A stretch of DNA of 64,000 nucleotides from Microthyrium microscopicum. Lineage: Eukaryota. The translations under genes and the position numbers were made by a program. The notes under the pieces are model-generated. The model saw nothing but the letters and a program-made list of their open reading frames with translations, did no database searches and was not told the origin of the DNA. Of this stretch, positions 50,226-60,936 are shown one piece after another. The stretch covers positions 507,530 to 571,529 of the forward strand of contig MU004238.1 of assembly GCA_010405405.1 (NCBI GenBank). The letters run 5' to 3'. Position 1 is the stretch's first letter. Every line of letters starts with the position of its first letter.

Positions 50226-52847
50226 TAGTGATGCTGTAACGGTAGATCTGGTATACCGTTCTACCGCCAAGCCTTACCCCAGCCAATCAGAGTCGTAGAA
50301 TCCCGCATCCCAAAATATCAATATTTTGAAGCTTTTATAACATTGTAATTACTTAACTAAATATATACTTTTTGGTGTTGTTTTAAAGGTCTAGACCTTG
50401 TTTAGACTCCTGTGTTTCTTGTTGAGACTTTGGAATATAATCTGTAGCGTCATCTAGCATTTGCTGAGTTGATTCTTCCTCCGCGCGGATATCTTTGACT
50501 ATACCTGAATCAACTTCACTGCCGTCTATCTCTATCAAATTCGATCGCTAGCGATCGTAATGAAGCTTGTCTAAAGCGTCTTCTTTAGTATTATTAAAAC
50601 TATACCAACAGACTGGTTTGAAGAGAGAACCACTAACGTGATAGGGCCCTGATTGTACTACTAGTTGATTAAGCTTTTTGCTGTTCATATAACTAAAAAT
50701 AAGCATATTCACGCGCGGAGCTGATAAACGCGTACGGTGAGGATTTTGAACCTAATTAATTGCTGAAAATGATCTTTCTGAGGGAACTGAGTTAGCTGTA
50801 GTTTCAAATAGCCTAATTGCAACATCTGAAAGCTTTGGAACTGCTGTTCGAAGACATTCTTAGAAATGTAGTGGTTTTTGATGAGTCTACGCTTCTCCTG
50901 CTTCGTGAGATGTTGAAAACACTCCCTGTTGTCTTCTAAAAGACCTGAATTCCTTACAGATTTGATTAACCTCTTTTTGAGCTTTCTTTCGATCATCTTC
51001 AGTCGCAGAAGAACGAGCTTGGAACCGTTTTGTGAGGGCCCTGATGGAAGCTAAATAACTTCCTAGTGATAAAGGATTATTAGGATCTACGTTGGCAGGA
51101 TCTAGAGCTGAAGCTAGGCGATTATCGTTAGTAACCTGTTCGTAGAGCTTCTTATCGAGTAATCGCTACAGTTCGTCCTGAATGTGCTGAATTTGACTAA
51201 TCTTAGGATATTCTATAGTGAGATTACCCTAATCTGATCTAACTGCGTGCTATCCTTTTATTACTTTGCCTAAATGGTGTTTTAATCCCTCTAATTCCTT
51301 TTGAGTGATGTAAATAGGCTTTAGGATGTGGTAAAGAAGTCGAATATCTTGCCAGAATTGAGGGTTTTTCATAAGATCAAAAACCACCTTATTTTTAGCT
51401 TTTGCGGCTTGAGTATCTCCAGGAATAGGAATAGATCGAGTAAAAGCTTCAATAGATGTAGCACTTTTGTTTAAAGAACTAACAACGCCAAATTGGGACC
51501 CTTAGCGAGTAATAATTGATAATCCTATCCTGTAAGTGGTCCTGTAGTTATTGAGCTGAAACTCGCGGAGTTGTCCAAAATATAAGGGCCTTGTTCTGAA
51601 CCAAATAGCTACTTCAGTAATCTTTGATAATATAGCTTTTAGTGGGTTGATTCCTTCTAAAATACTACTGATCAGTAGCTGAAGACTATGAGAATCGTAG
51701 AGTACCATTGAGCACTTTTTAAATGCTTCGTTGGGGTGTTTGTTGAGGATATCTGCAATAGTACGCATAGTATTGCAAGTGTTGGAGCTGATCGAGTTAA
51801 CGCGCGCCAGATCTCCCTTGGTTTATCGTTTAAGGGCTTCTATTAAATGTATTGCTAGATTTGAAGCTGTTGAGTGTTCTCTACGTAAATCAACGGTTTC
51901 TAGGTAAAAGGAGCCTAGAGAGGGAATAATAACACAAAAATTGGCTATTTGGCGACTAGCTCTATTAGTACTTTTGTCTATAGAGAAGTTGAGAAGAGGC
52001 TGATTCCTGAGGATACTTTGAAGCTTTGAGAGATCCTGTCCGTAGATATCTTTGATAAGAGGTGGTATATCCCCTCGTTGTGGAGGATGGTATCCTGAAA
52101 GACCTGCTAATCTCGCTGAATCTACTTCATGGTTGTATGTTGTTGAATGGCATATTTTGTTGTATGTATTTAGTGGTAGAGCCTCTTGAACTACTCTCTT
52201 CGCGTAGCGACGATTCTAACTAATTCGCTTTTGAGCACGTAAAATAGCTGTATTAGATTGAACGATTGGGGCTGCTATAGTGGGAGGTAAGTGCCCTTTG
52301 AATCGAGAATGCGCTTCTTGTCGACTAATGTGTTCTGTGAGTTGATAATGGCAATAACGGCAGCTTTAGCGAGTAGAACTAAGAGGATTGTCTTTTGGTA
52401 GTAATATCTAGTGTTGTAAGATATTTGCTCGTTCTTGTGGAGTTCGATTTGGTAATCTGGAAGCCATTTTTGGCCTAGATAATGCGGTGTTTCTGGAGGT
52501 AGAAAGGAATTGCAAATATAACTCAAATTGATTGGAAACTTATACTATTGTGTAGAGCTAAACGAGAAGAATACGTACGTCTTAAAAAATTTCTTATTTG
52601 GGTGCTAAATGCTATACTATTTGTGTAGTGAAGTTAGTCTTATTTTTGGTTGATTAAAAGACGTGAGAAAGATTAGGATTGAAGGGACGCTAGTCCCTAT
52701 TAAGAAATTAAGCTGAATATATACTTACGTGTCCTCTTATTATACTAATAGATTAAGTTATACCCATCTGCAGTGGTATACCAGTAAATTACAGTGGTAT
52801 ACCGTCGTAGAAGGTATACCGCAGAAGCGAGAAATACTGCATCACTA
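50226..52847 (-). mobile_element. hAT-superfamily DNA transposon, full length (2622 bp), RIP-inactivated
   Basis: TIRs TAGTGATGCTGTA / TACTGCATCACTA (12/13). 8-bp TSD CCCCAGTG at 50218-50225 and 52848-52855. Subterminal GGTATACC copies (50250, 52775, 52796, 52813). AT- and TpA-rich interior. Confidence 0.96.
50650..52526 (-). pseudogene. hAT transposase pseudogene
   Basis: FSIDKS..GSFYLE, SISSNTCNTM, YDSHSLQLLI, ITR*GSQ and the dimerisation motif AIRLFETTANSVPSERSFSAIN*; many stops and frameshifts. Confidence 0.92.
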
Positions 52848-53756
52848 CCCCAGTGACAAATGCGGAGTGATATGGTGCCGAGCTTCATAGCATCGAGTTT
52901 GCCAATGAGTTCATTATGGATTGCCGGCCAAGTATCCCCATATTTGAATGTTGTATGTTATGAACCCCTGAAGCTAGAATATCTGCGTATTATTTACCGA
53001 CTCTGTGAGATTCCTTAGGCCCGTCATACAGAACGAAAGGCCGGCCAGTGCTGGAACAGTTGATTTCTTGTGGGACATCTCGCCTGCTTGAGTGGTGAAT
53101 CTATGTATCTGATATGCTTCACACGCTACAGCTATAGTATATGAAAGCGAAGCTTCCACCACTCAACTTCCGCACAAAAAATGAGTTGAACCACCCGTCA
53201 CATGATTATTGCTCGGTCCGTTAACTCCTCTCAACGTACAACAAGAGAACTTAAGAGTGCAAACACTGGAGAACTCGGCTGAACCCCACTATGTGGATGC
53301 GTACTCTACTCTACCCCCGCATCACGAACACTGCCCACTTTGCGACGTCATGGTGTTTTCTTTTCAGTCATCCATTGATATTCTTGCGCTAACCATGCAA
53401 GCGATGTCATTCCGCGCCAACAAGTGGATGGAAGAACAAGACAAGCACGGACAAGCTTTCACTAATGTGGATCGACTGCAAGTAACTCCTTCGGATGGTG
53501 TTGATGGAACCTGTCAACCCAGTAAGTTGGGTATCACGAGCAAGATCTTACCCTAGAATACAGCTACGCCTCGATTGGCGGCGCTTCTAGACTCCATCTG
53601 AATGCTTGCGTCGTCGAATCGTTACACCACTAGTATTGAATTGAAGATGCTGATTAGACGGACTAATGCACCCGGTCCCATTCGCTGTTTGAAGAATGTC
53701 TTCTGCCAACTTTTGAGAGTTGTAGCTTTTCCACCAGTGAGGTAGCCAACAAACGC

Positions 53757-53903
53757 TGATGGCAGGGGCGACGACGGGGGCTGTTTCAGTGGTAAACAGG
53801 TGCTATTTAACGCCAGTTGGTAACGGATCCTCCGTAGCTTCGACAACATCTTTTAGCCAATATAGATTCCATCAAAATCCTCTGCTCCGTTGAACTAACC
53901 TCA
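53757..53903 (+). repeat. 5' LTR
   Basis: TGATGGCAGG..CTAACCTCA, identical to 54459-54605. Contains TATTTAA (TATA-like) and AATATA (poly(A)-signal-like). Confidence 0.92.
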
Positions 53904-53906
53904 ATC

Positions 53907-53924
53907 TGGCGCCCAGCGTGAGGC
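53907..53924 (+). promoter_or_regulatory. Primer-binding site, tRNA-Lys type
   Basis: TGGCGCCCAGCGTGAGGC matches the canonical Lys1,2 PBS TGGCGCCCAACGTGGGGC at 16/18 positions. Confidence 0.82.
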
Positions 53925-54458
53925 GGAGCATGATTCTCTATCAATCAAAATTCCTATCAAAACGAGCCATGTCGTTGAACGGACGGACGACAACGAGATC
54001 ACCCTTTCGTTTGCTTTACCATTCTCAACTGATCATCATCATAACAAACAACAACTATGAGGCCACATTACGCTGCCATCAAATGAACTCACAACCATGT
54101 CGTTGAACCCACGGAGACTATTTTACGAAACAATTTCAGCCAAAAATTGGCTTTCTGACGACGATTGAGCACGACGAACCTGATTTGCGAATACATGGCG
54201 GCGAACACACGGATGACACGATGAGAGCATGCCGGCGGCTGTTGCGACCGTTGAATGGAAAGGACCAGCTTTGAGAAGACGTTTTTGACGGGGAAGGACT
54301 ATTCCGCAGCGAATTGTGGTTTCTGAACCTGGCGGCTTCATGTGTTTTTGACAAACGAAGAGAGGCGACGACTGGCTGTTGTTGAAGGGACGGACAATAA
54401 GCGAATTTCATCATGAAAGATCAAGGGCAAGCTTGATCTTAGTTGTCTTTGGGATGGT

Positions 54459-54605
54459 TGATGGCAGGGGCGACGACGGGGGCTGTTTCAGTGGTAAACA
54501 GGTGCTATTTAACGCCAGTTGGTAACGGATCCTCCGTAGCTTCGACAACATCTTTTAGCCAATATAGATTCCATCAAAATCCTCTGCTCCGTTGAACTAA
54601 CCTCA
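54459..54605 (+). repeat. 3' LTR
   Basis: Base-for-base copy of 53757-53903. Confidence 0.92.
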
Positions 54606-54954
54606 ACGCCATGTGGGAAAACCTCTGAGAGTGCTTCATTAGGCTAGAATGATGACATGCTTGTGCAGATGTGCATCGTGTCCATGAAGCTGGTATATCA
54701 AGCGCCACTAGCATCCAGCAAGAACCAGATCGGTGCGTGGGCGCAGTTGAGATCGGATGATTGGCGAAAGGGAGAGTTTCCGGGAGCTCATCCGGGTAGA
54801 AAAGCTGTACCAACTACCAAAGCACTACTAGTTGAGGTATTTCTTTGGTATAAAACCAGGCTGTGGACGTAAACTTGTGTCAAGCAAATCCTTAGCACAA
54901 ATACACTCCAATATATTTACTCTTCAATCCCAGTTCTTTCAGCCACATTACACC

Positions 54955-55797
54955 ATGTCTAACTTCCTTGACAAAGCCAAAGATGGTCTCAACAAGTTGA
55001 ACCAAAAGATGGACAATAAAAAGTCCGGCAACAATGACGACTCATATGGTTCATCTGGTAACAGTGGACAATATGGTTCAAACAACCAGTCCGGTAACAC
55101 TGGGTCGTATGGTTCAGGCAACCAATCCAGCAATACGTACGATAACGATTCCTCAAATACCTCGGGACTTGGAGGCCGCCAAGGTATGTTTACTGGACAA
55201 CCGAGAAGCGTCTGTCCAAGCATCTAACTCGAAGCAGGCGGAAACAACGACGACTCATACGGTAGTGGAGGAATGAGCGCCAACACTGGCGGTTTGAGCG
55301 GCGCCACTGGTGGTTTAGGAGGTGCTACTGGTGGCCATCACCACAAGAACCAGAACGATGACAGCTATGGCAGCTCTGGCAATACCGATAACTACAGCTC
55401 TGGCAACACTGGTGGTATGGGAAGCCGCACAGATGACTTTGGCTCTTCAAACACCGGCGGAATGGGCGGTAGTGGTGGACGTTCCGACAACGATTCATAT
55501 GGTCAGAGCGAAGGGCTTGGTTCCAGCGGACGCCAGCAAGGTCTATCAAGTGGTGGTCAAGACGATTATAGCTCCGGCAACACCCAGAGCTTCGGCTCCG
55601 GTGGTCGCCAGGGAGGCAATCAGGATGAGTTTGGCTCAGGTACATCAGGCCAATCCGGTTTTGGTTCAAGCGGTGGCCGTCAAGGACAAGGCGAGTACGG
55701 CTCAGGAGATACTGAAGAGTTTGGTTCATCAGGCCGCCAAGGAGGAGGAGACCAATATGGCAGCTCTGGTCGACAACAAAATGACGACTCATACTAG
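54955..55797 (+). CDS. Gly/Ser/Asn/Asp-rich hydrophilin-like repeat protein
   Basis: Exons 54955-55183 and 55238-55797 (GTATGT..CTAAC..CAG). Repeated DDSYGSSG and FGSSGRQG units; TATAAAA at about 54849. Confidence 0.85.
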
Positions 55798-56189
55798 TCT
55801 AATATCTGTATGATCATGTCTGTTCAGTAGTTGGTAATTCTGGTACCCTCGAGCAATGAAAAGTCATTTCATCCTTGAGAAGAAGAATTTGTGTACTACG
55901 CACAGATTCTATATTTGAAAGTCTTGGTGAGCGTCCGCAAGCCAGAAGAAGTTTGTTCATAGGTAAAGTGATGATAAGACAGTGGTTAAAACATGTCAGC
56001 GTCAATCGACTTGCAGCATGCTCCTACAGCATAATGTTAGATTGTATACCAATCATGTTCTTTGCTCAGTTGCTCATACCTATGCTATGCCGCGTAATAT
56101 AATGCATTGGTTAAGTTCTTTGCCATCTGGCACGCAGGTCCGTATCACAGGTCATAAAGCTCATGAAGTCGTAAATCGACACCCGTATC

Positions 56190-56633
56190 TCAACTCGCAT
56201 CAGTCTGGGTTGCCACCTCAACAGCAGCACCCTCTGCTGCCGGCTCTTCCAACCTTTCACCCTTCTCCTTCCAGACTATACTTGTTAGCTCAAAACCATA
56301 GCATTCAGTTGAGCGGAATATACCTTGTCGACACATGGGACATCGCTCCTGTGAGCTCTCTTGTCGTACCCATGCAATGATACAATGCATATGGAATGAA
56401 TGATTGCATTCTCCCATTACTAATTATATCCTTGTCAGCTATTCTACCCTTTCAAGCTCTCTCGAGCAAAATGGGAGGTGGCATGACTAACAAAGCGGAC
56501 ACTCTTCACCGGGATAGCGGCACTGTGAACAAGTGCTGTCGTACGGGTTGCGACAGATTCCACAGACGTCGTCTTCTGGCATGTCCCAGCGCCACGCGGC
56601 AACAGCTGTCCAATTCTTGATGATAACCTTCAT
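56190..56633 (-). CDS. APC11: Anaphase-promoting complex RING-H2 subunit Apc11
   Basis: Exons 56633-56492, 56419-56324 and 56275-56190. MKVIIKNWTAVAAWRWD, CGICR..CSQCRYPGEECP, CNHSFHMHCI..W..CPMCRQ. Confidence 0.96.
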
Positions 56634-57221
56634 TCTTGTGTATGCAGACTCTGGTCGCAAGCTAATAGGTGTGATTCTAGGGACGACGAAGCTGAGCGAG
56701 AGCAAAAAACAGGGTTTGTGATTCGAAATGATAGCCTATAAGGGTGTTTGTAGACGAGGAGTTAGCAAGAGCTGTAAACTGTAGTAGAAGATTGAAACGC
56801 GACTGGATCTCAAACGCGCGGCACGTTACACACGCGCTGTCACGTTCCCTAGCGCCGGCTAGCCACGCCACGTTTAGCAGGGGTTAACGCAACTCTTCTG
56901 CAACTTCAAGGTCTAAGCTGACGACGACCTCACCAAATATCTAGCATTGCTAGGCGTCAAGCAAGATTCCCTGCGTCAACACGTCAATTGTGGATGCAAT
57001 GTATGGCAAACTTTTCAATCAACAGATTTTTCTGTTCTTGGGTCACCTCACCTTCTAAATCAAGCATGGTAGAATATCGAGAACTCGGTACCCTCAAATG
57101 GCGAGACCGACTGTGCGATATGCCGAGACCGACTCTTCGACAGTATAGTGGGACTGAAGGTTAAGTATGTAGCATTCACATAGTATTGTGGTCTTATCCT
57201 TCGATAAATTTGCTTCTAAAG

Positions 57222-58964
57222 ATGGTTACTTCAGCCGCTTTTGCTCAATATATTCCCTTCCTCGTAGCGGCATGCTGTTCCACATTGGCTGTCGCCCAGA
57301 ATGCAACGACACTCACTGACTCGCCGATTGTGACGATTTCTCGATTTGGCCAAATCCAAGGGAATAGATCTCAGTATATAAATTCCGTGTATAACTTCAA
57401 GAACATCTCATACGCCTCCGCGCCCTCAGGAGCAAACCGTTGGCGTCATCCTCCACATCCCTCTCCATGGACTGGCATACGCGATGCCACTCAATTCGGT
57501 CCTGTATGTCCGCAAAAGTCCTTGGGTGCTTCGCCAGATCCCCCATATCAATCGGAGGACTGTCTCTCACTCAATATATGGACACCAGCAAATGCTTCTT
57601 TGAACAACGTCGTCAACAACACTCAGGGCGTGGGTGTTATTCCTGGATCTGGGGCTTCCAAATATCCTGTCTACGTTTGGATATACGGTGGAAGATTCAG
57701 TGGTGGCTCGGCCTCTGATGCCAGGTATGAAGGGGCCGGACTTGCTGCCAAAGGCGTGGTTGTAGTTACCATGAACTACCGTCTTGGTGCTCTTGGCTTC
57801 TTAGCACATCCGGAATTGTCCAATAGCTCCAGGAGTGGTACATCAGGCAATTATGGTCTCGTAGATCAACAAGCAGCTCTCCATTGGACGAACGAGAACA
57901 TTGCTTCCTTTGGTGGTGATCCAACCAGAATCACGATCGGAGGCCAAAGTGCAGGCGCTGCTAGCGTTATTGCAAATCTCAACTCTCCTCTCGCAAAAGG
58001 TCTCTTTACCGGAGTCATTGCCGAGTCTGGAGTACGGTATAGTTCCGATCCACTTATTGGGTCAGTCGCCCAGTCGTACCGCAATCTCAGTACAGCAGAA
58101 GAACAGGGTGTGGCCTTTCTCAAGTCGTTGAACGTCAGTACCATCGAGGAGGCTCGCGCTCTTCCTGTATCGGTTTTCCTTGCAGGAAGCAATGGGGTTG
58201 ATACCACTTTTGACAACACACCATTGGCCAACAACAGCATCTATGGGGATCCTCCGCTGTTCAGACCCGTGCTTGATGGATATGTTCTTCCACGAACGTA
58301 CAACGAAACCTTGCGTACTGGTCAACATGCAGGAGTCTCAGTCATGACTGGAAACAATAAGGACGAAAGTGGCGCCTCGCCAAACCCTGGATACAATACC
58401 ACTTCCTACACTGCTGTCAACGAAGCCACTTTTGGCTCTGTAGGGCTTGCAGATCAATTCTTCAGCCTGTATCCGGCCAGTAGTGCAAACAGTTCTCAGA
58501 ATCCCGACAACAGTAGCAACGCTTTCTATCGGGATGCTGAACGTGTCGGAACTTGGCTTTGGGCGAATGAATACTCAGCAGGCGCCGCGAGCAATCCCGT
58601 CTACAACGCTGGCCAAAACGCAAGCGGCAGTGTGTTTACTTACTACTGGACTCACGCACCTCCCGGACAGAGTCAAGGCGCATATCACATGAGTGAGATA
58701 AACTACGCGTTCAACAATTTGTATGCCACAGACTCCCCTTGGACCGCTCAGGATTATCAAATAGCCGATACCTTGTCGACATATTGGGCAAATTTCATAG
58801 CGACAGGCAATCCTAACGGACCAGGCCTTATAACCTGGCCAGAAAACAAAGCGGACAGTCCCAATACAATGGAAGTGGGTAATGCTTGGAAACCAATTCC
58901 AGTCGCGGATCAAAGCCATATCGAGTTCGTCCGAGAATGGTTTTCGAAATGGCCCACTCACTGA
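57222..58964 (+). CDS. Secreted type-B carboxylesterase (para-nitrobenzyl-esterase-like), single exon
   Basis: Signal peptide; SEDCLSLNIW, GNYGLVDQ, GQSAG, GNNKDE and AYHMSE. Confidence 0.95.
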   Translation: MVTSAAFAQYIPFLVAACCSTLAVAQNATTLTDSPIVTISRFGQIQGNRSQYINSVYNFKNISYASAPSGANRWRHPPHPSPWTGIRDATQFGPVCPQKSLGASPDPPYQSEDCLSLNIWTPANASLNNVVNNTQGVGVIPGSGASKYPVYVWIYGGRFSGGSASDARYEGAGLAAKGVVVVTMNYRLGALGFLAHPELSNSSRSGTSGNYGLVDQQAALHWTNENIASFGGDPTRITIGGQSAGAASVIANLNSPLAKGLFTGVIAESGVRYSSDPLIGSVAQSYRNLSTAEEQGVAFLKSLNVSTIEEARALPVSVFLAGSNGVDTTFDNTPLANNSIYGDPPLFRPVLDGYVLPRTYNETLRTGQHAGVSVMTGNNKDESGASPNPGYNTTSYTAVNEATFGSVGLADQFFSLYPASSANSSQNPDNSSNAFYRDAERVGTWLWANEYSAGAASNPVYNAGQNASGSVFTYYWTHAPPGQSQGAYHMSEINYAFNNLYATDSPWTAQDYQIADTLSTYWANFIATGNPNGPGLITWPENKADSPNTMEVGNAWKPIPVADQSHIEFVREWFSKWPTH

Positions 58965-59653
58965 AGCTTGATTGGATTATCATCCAATTCCCGATGATCA
59001 GCTCTCTATGTTCTAATAATGCACAATCATAGGTGCAATTTTCCTGGCATTTGCACTCAAGGCCGCGTTTCACATTCCTTGTGATTTCAACCCTGATTGT
59101 AGGCAAACTTATAGGGCTACCGGACATTACTTCCGCCAACTCAATGTCATCTTGCTTGGTTGAAATAAATTTTTTCGGGGAGTCGTCGTGCAATTCAGCT
59201 TTGGATTATTAGAAATATGAAGCGTCGTGCTCTTTATTGCGGTGCAAAAGTAGTATTTCCGGTATAAAAAATATACTTACGTGGCATGGTCCGGTCTTAG
59301 GAGTATACGTGAAAGCTTGATCTTAACCTTAATGATCTTTTGCAAGGGTCAAAATATGTGTTTTATATTGGGCTCAAATAAGAAGGTAGGTCAACCTTCG
59401 ATTAAACAAACACACCAATAGGATAATTGATCTTCCTATACTGCTAGGGAGATACACACTCAACTGGTGGATCTGCGCTTGTAGCTCCATCGCACTAGAA
59501 TTGAGATATATTCAAATGCGGAGAACAGGATCTGTGAAGGACCAGAGATCAATATTAAATACAGAGCTTGAGTAGTTTACACAAGCACTCCAAGCTTTTG
59601 CCAAACCATTACACTCCTTTTATCATCAGACCTATCAATAATCTCTAGACAAC

Positions 59654-60352
59654 ATGAAGTTCACTACCGCATTTGCCATCGCCGCTGCGGCTTTCTGGTA
59701 AGCATACTGTGTGGTCTCAGAAGCATTAAGTTTTTGGAGCTCCATTGACTACGATGTATGCCACAACACTTCTTGAATATGAAAGACTTCGATTCCTATC
59801 CAGCACGTCAATCGCAAGCGAGGTTATTGAAGCAATGACAGTTCAATCAGCCAGTGTTCAAGAAGTCTTATGGCTAACATCGCATCCGATGGGAGTATCA
59901 CCTGCATGGCTCAGCTACCTTGGCTTTAAAGACGTAAATCCTCTCCAAGTCCCGTCTCTGACTCTCGCAGTGCTACCGTCGCCGCCGCTCCCCTTCCAGG
60001 TGGACCTCACGGTGGATCGCCTGCTGCTTGCCATCTCTCCAAGGCCATGGCATACGAGAAGCAAGGCAACTCAGCCGCCGCAGCCAAGGAGAAGTCACTG
60101 GCCGCTCAAGCACGTGAAAAGCACCATCAACAAGGCAACCACAAGCGTGATAGTGGCCCAAACACCGCCATGTGCCAAGAAGCCGCTGCGGTCCAGATGC
60201 AAAACCATGGAAATGCTGCAGGAGCTGCAGCTGCTCGTGCAAAGATCAACAAGTCTGAGCTCAAGAAGGAAGCCGATGCCGCTGACAAGGCCGCTGGAGG
60301 AAAGGCTGGTGCATACGGCAAGAACAAGTCCGTCAAGTCTTCTCATCATTAG
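59654..60352 (+). CDS. Small secreted Ala/Lys-rich protein (141 aa) with an internal KR site
   Basis: Exons 59654-59697 and 59971-60352 (GTAAGC..CTGAC..CAG) give the signal peptide MKFTTAFAIAAAAFCATVAAAPL in frame with ORF 60047-60352. Confidence 0.8.
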
Positions 60353-60936
60353 ATAGGTAGACATGCGTGGCGGTTGAACAGGAGAGGATCTTGTACATAG
60401 GGGAGCACTTGGCTTATATGAGCTTTTCTGCTGTTTGCTCATTTTGTTTTTGGTGTTTGTCAATCATTATACTTTGAATAAAAACTAAACAGTCATATTA
60501 TGTCCAAAGAAGTAGATCGCTCTCTCATGTCTACTGTAATCGATAAGGTATACTGGGCTGACCCAAACTTTACTTCTAGAATGTACCATTGGCCTCACGA
60601 TGAAACCATTCAAAAGCCTTAAGAAGTGGTAAGAACATTCGTCGGTGAACATGATATTTGGTAAGGAATACGTGATCTTCATGGCAAAAAATCCCAGGAA
60701 ATCCATTGATATCATTATTAACGCCTGTGCCATGCAGGATTAAGTACATACGATGCAGCCAAGTTACCCCAAAATTCCGTGTTATGACATCTTACGATGG
60801 ATCCGGATTCCAGAGTCCCATGTATTCAGATAAAAGCTAACAGACCGTGTCGAACAACTCGGTCCAACAAGCTTCCACCGGCTCAACTGCACTGCAACAT
60901 CGAAAGCCTTCTGCGCATTATCAATCCAGTTTACGT

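Larger units (their letters stand above)
53757..54605 (+). mobile_element. Non-autonomous miniature LTR retroelement (TRIM-like), 849 bp
   Basis: Identical 147-bp TG..CA terminal repeats; 4-bp TSD ACGC (53753-53756, 54606-54609); PBS 3 nt after the 5' LTR; 555-bp interior with no gag/pol-like ORF. Confidence 0.9.

Noticed and set aside
53209..54830. Possible HET-gene relic interrupted by the mini-LTR element (CPLC motif, faint ALSHQWG-like trace)
   Set aside because: Requires several assumed indels; too speculative without a translated search.
59240..59400. AT-rich tract sharing 13-mers with the hAT end (ATATACTTACGTG) and the mini-LTR interior (AAGCTTGATCTTA)
   Set aside because: Isolated short matches with no TIR, TSD or extended alignment; may be chance.
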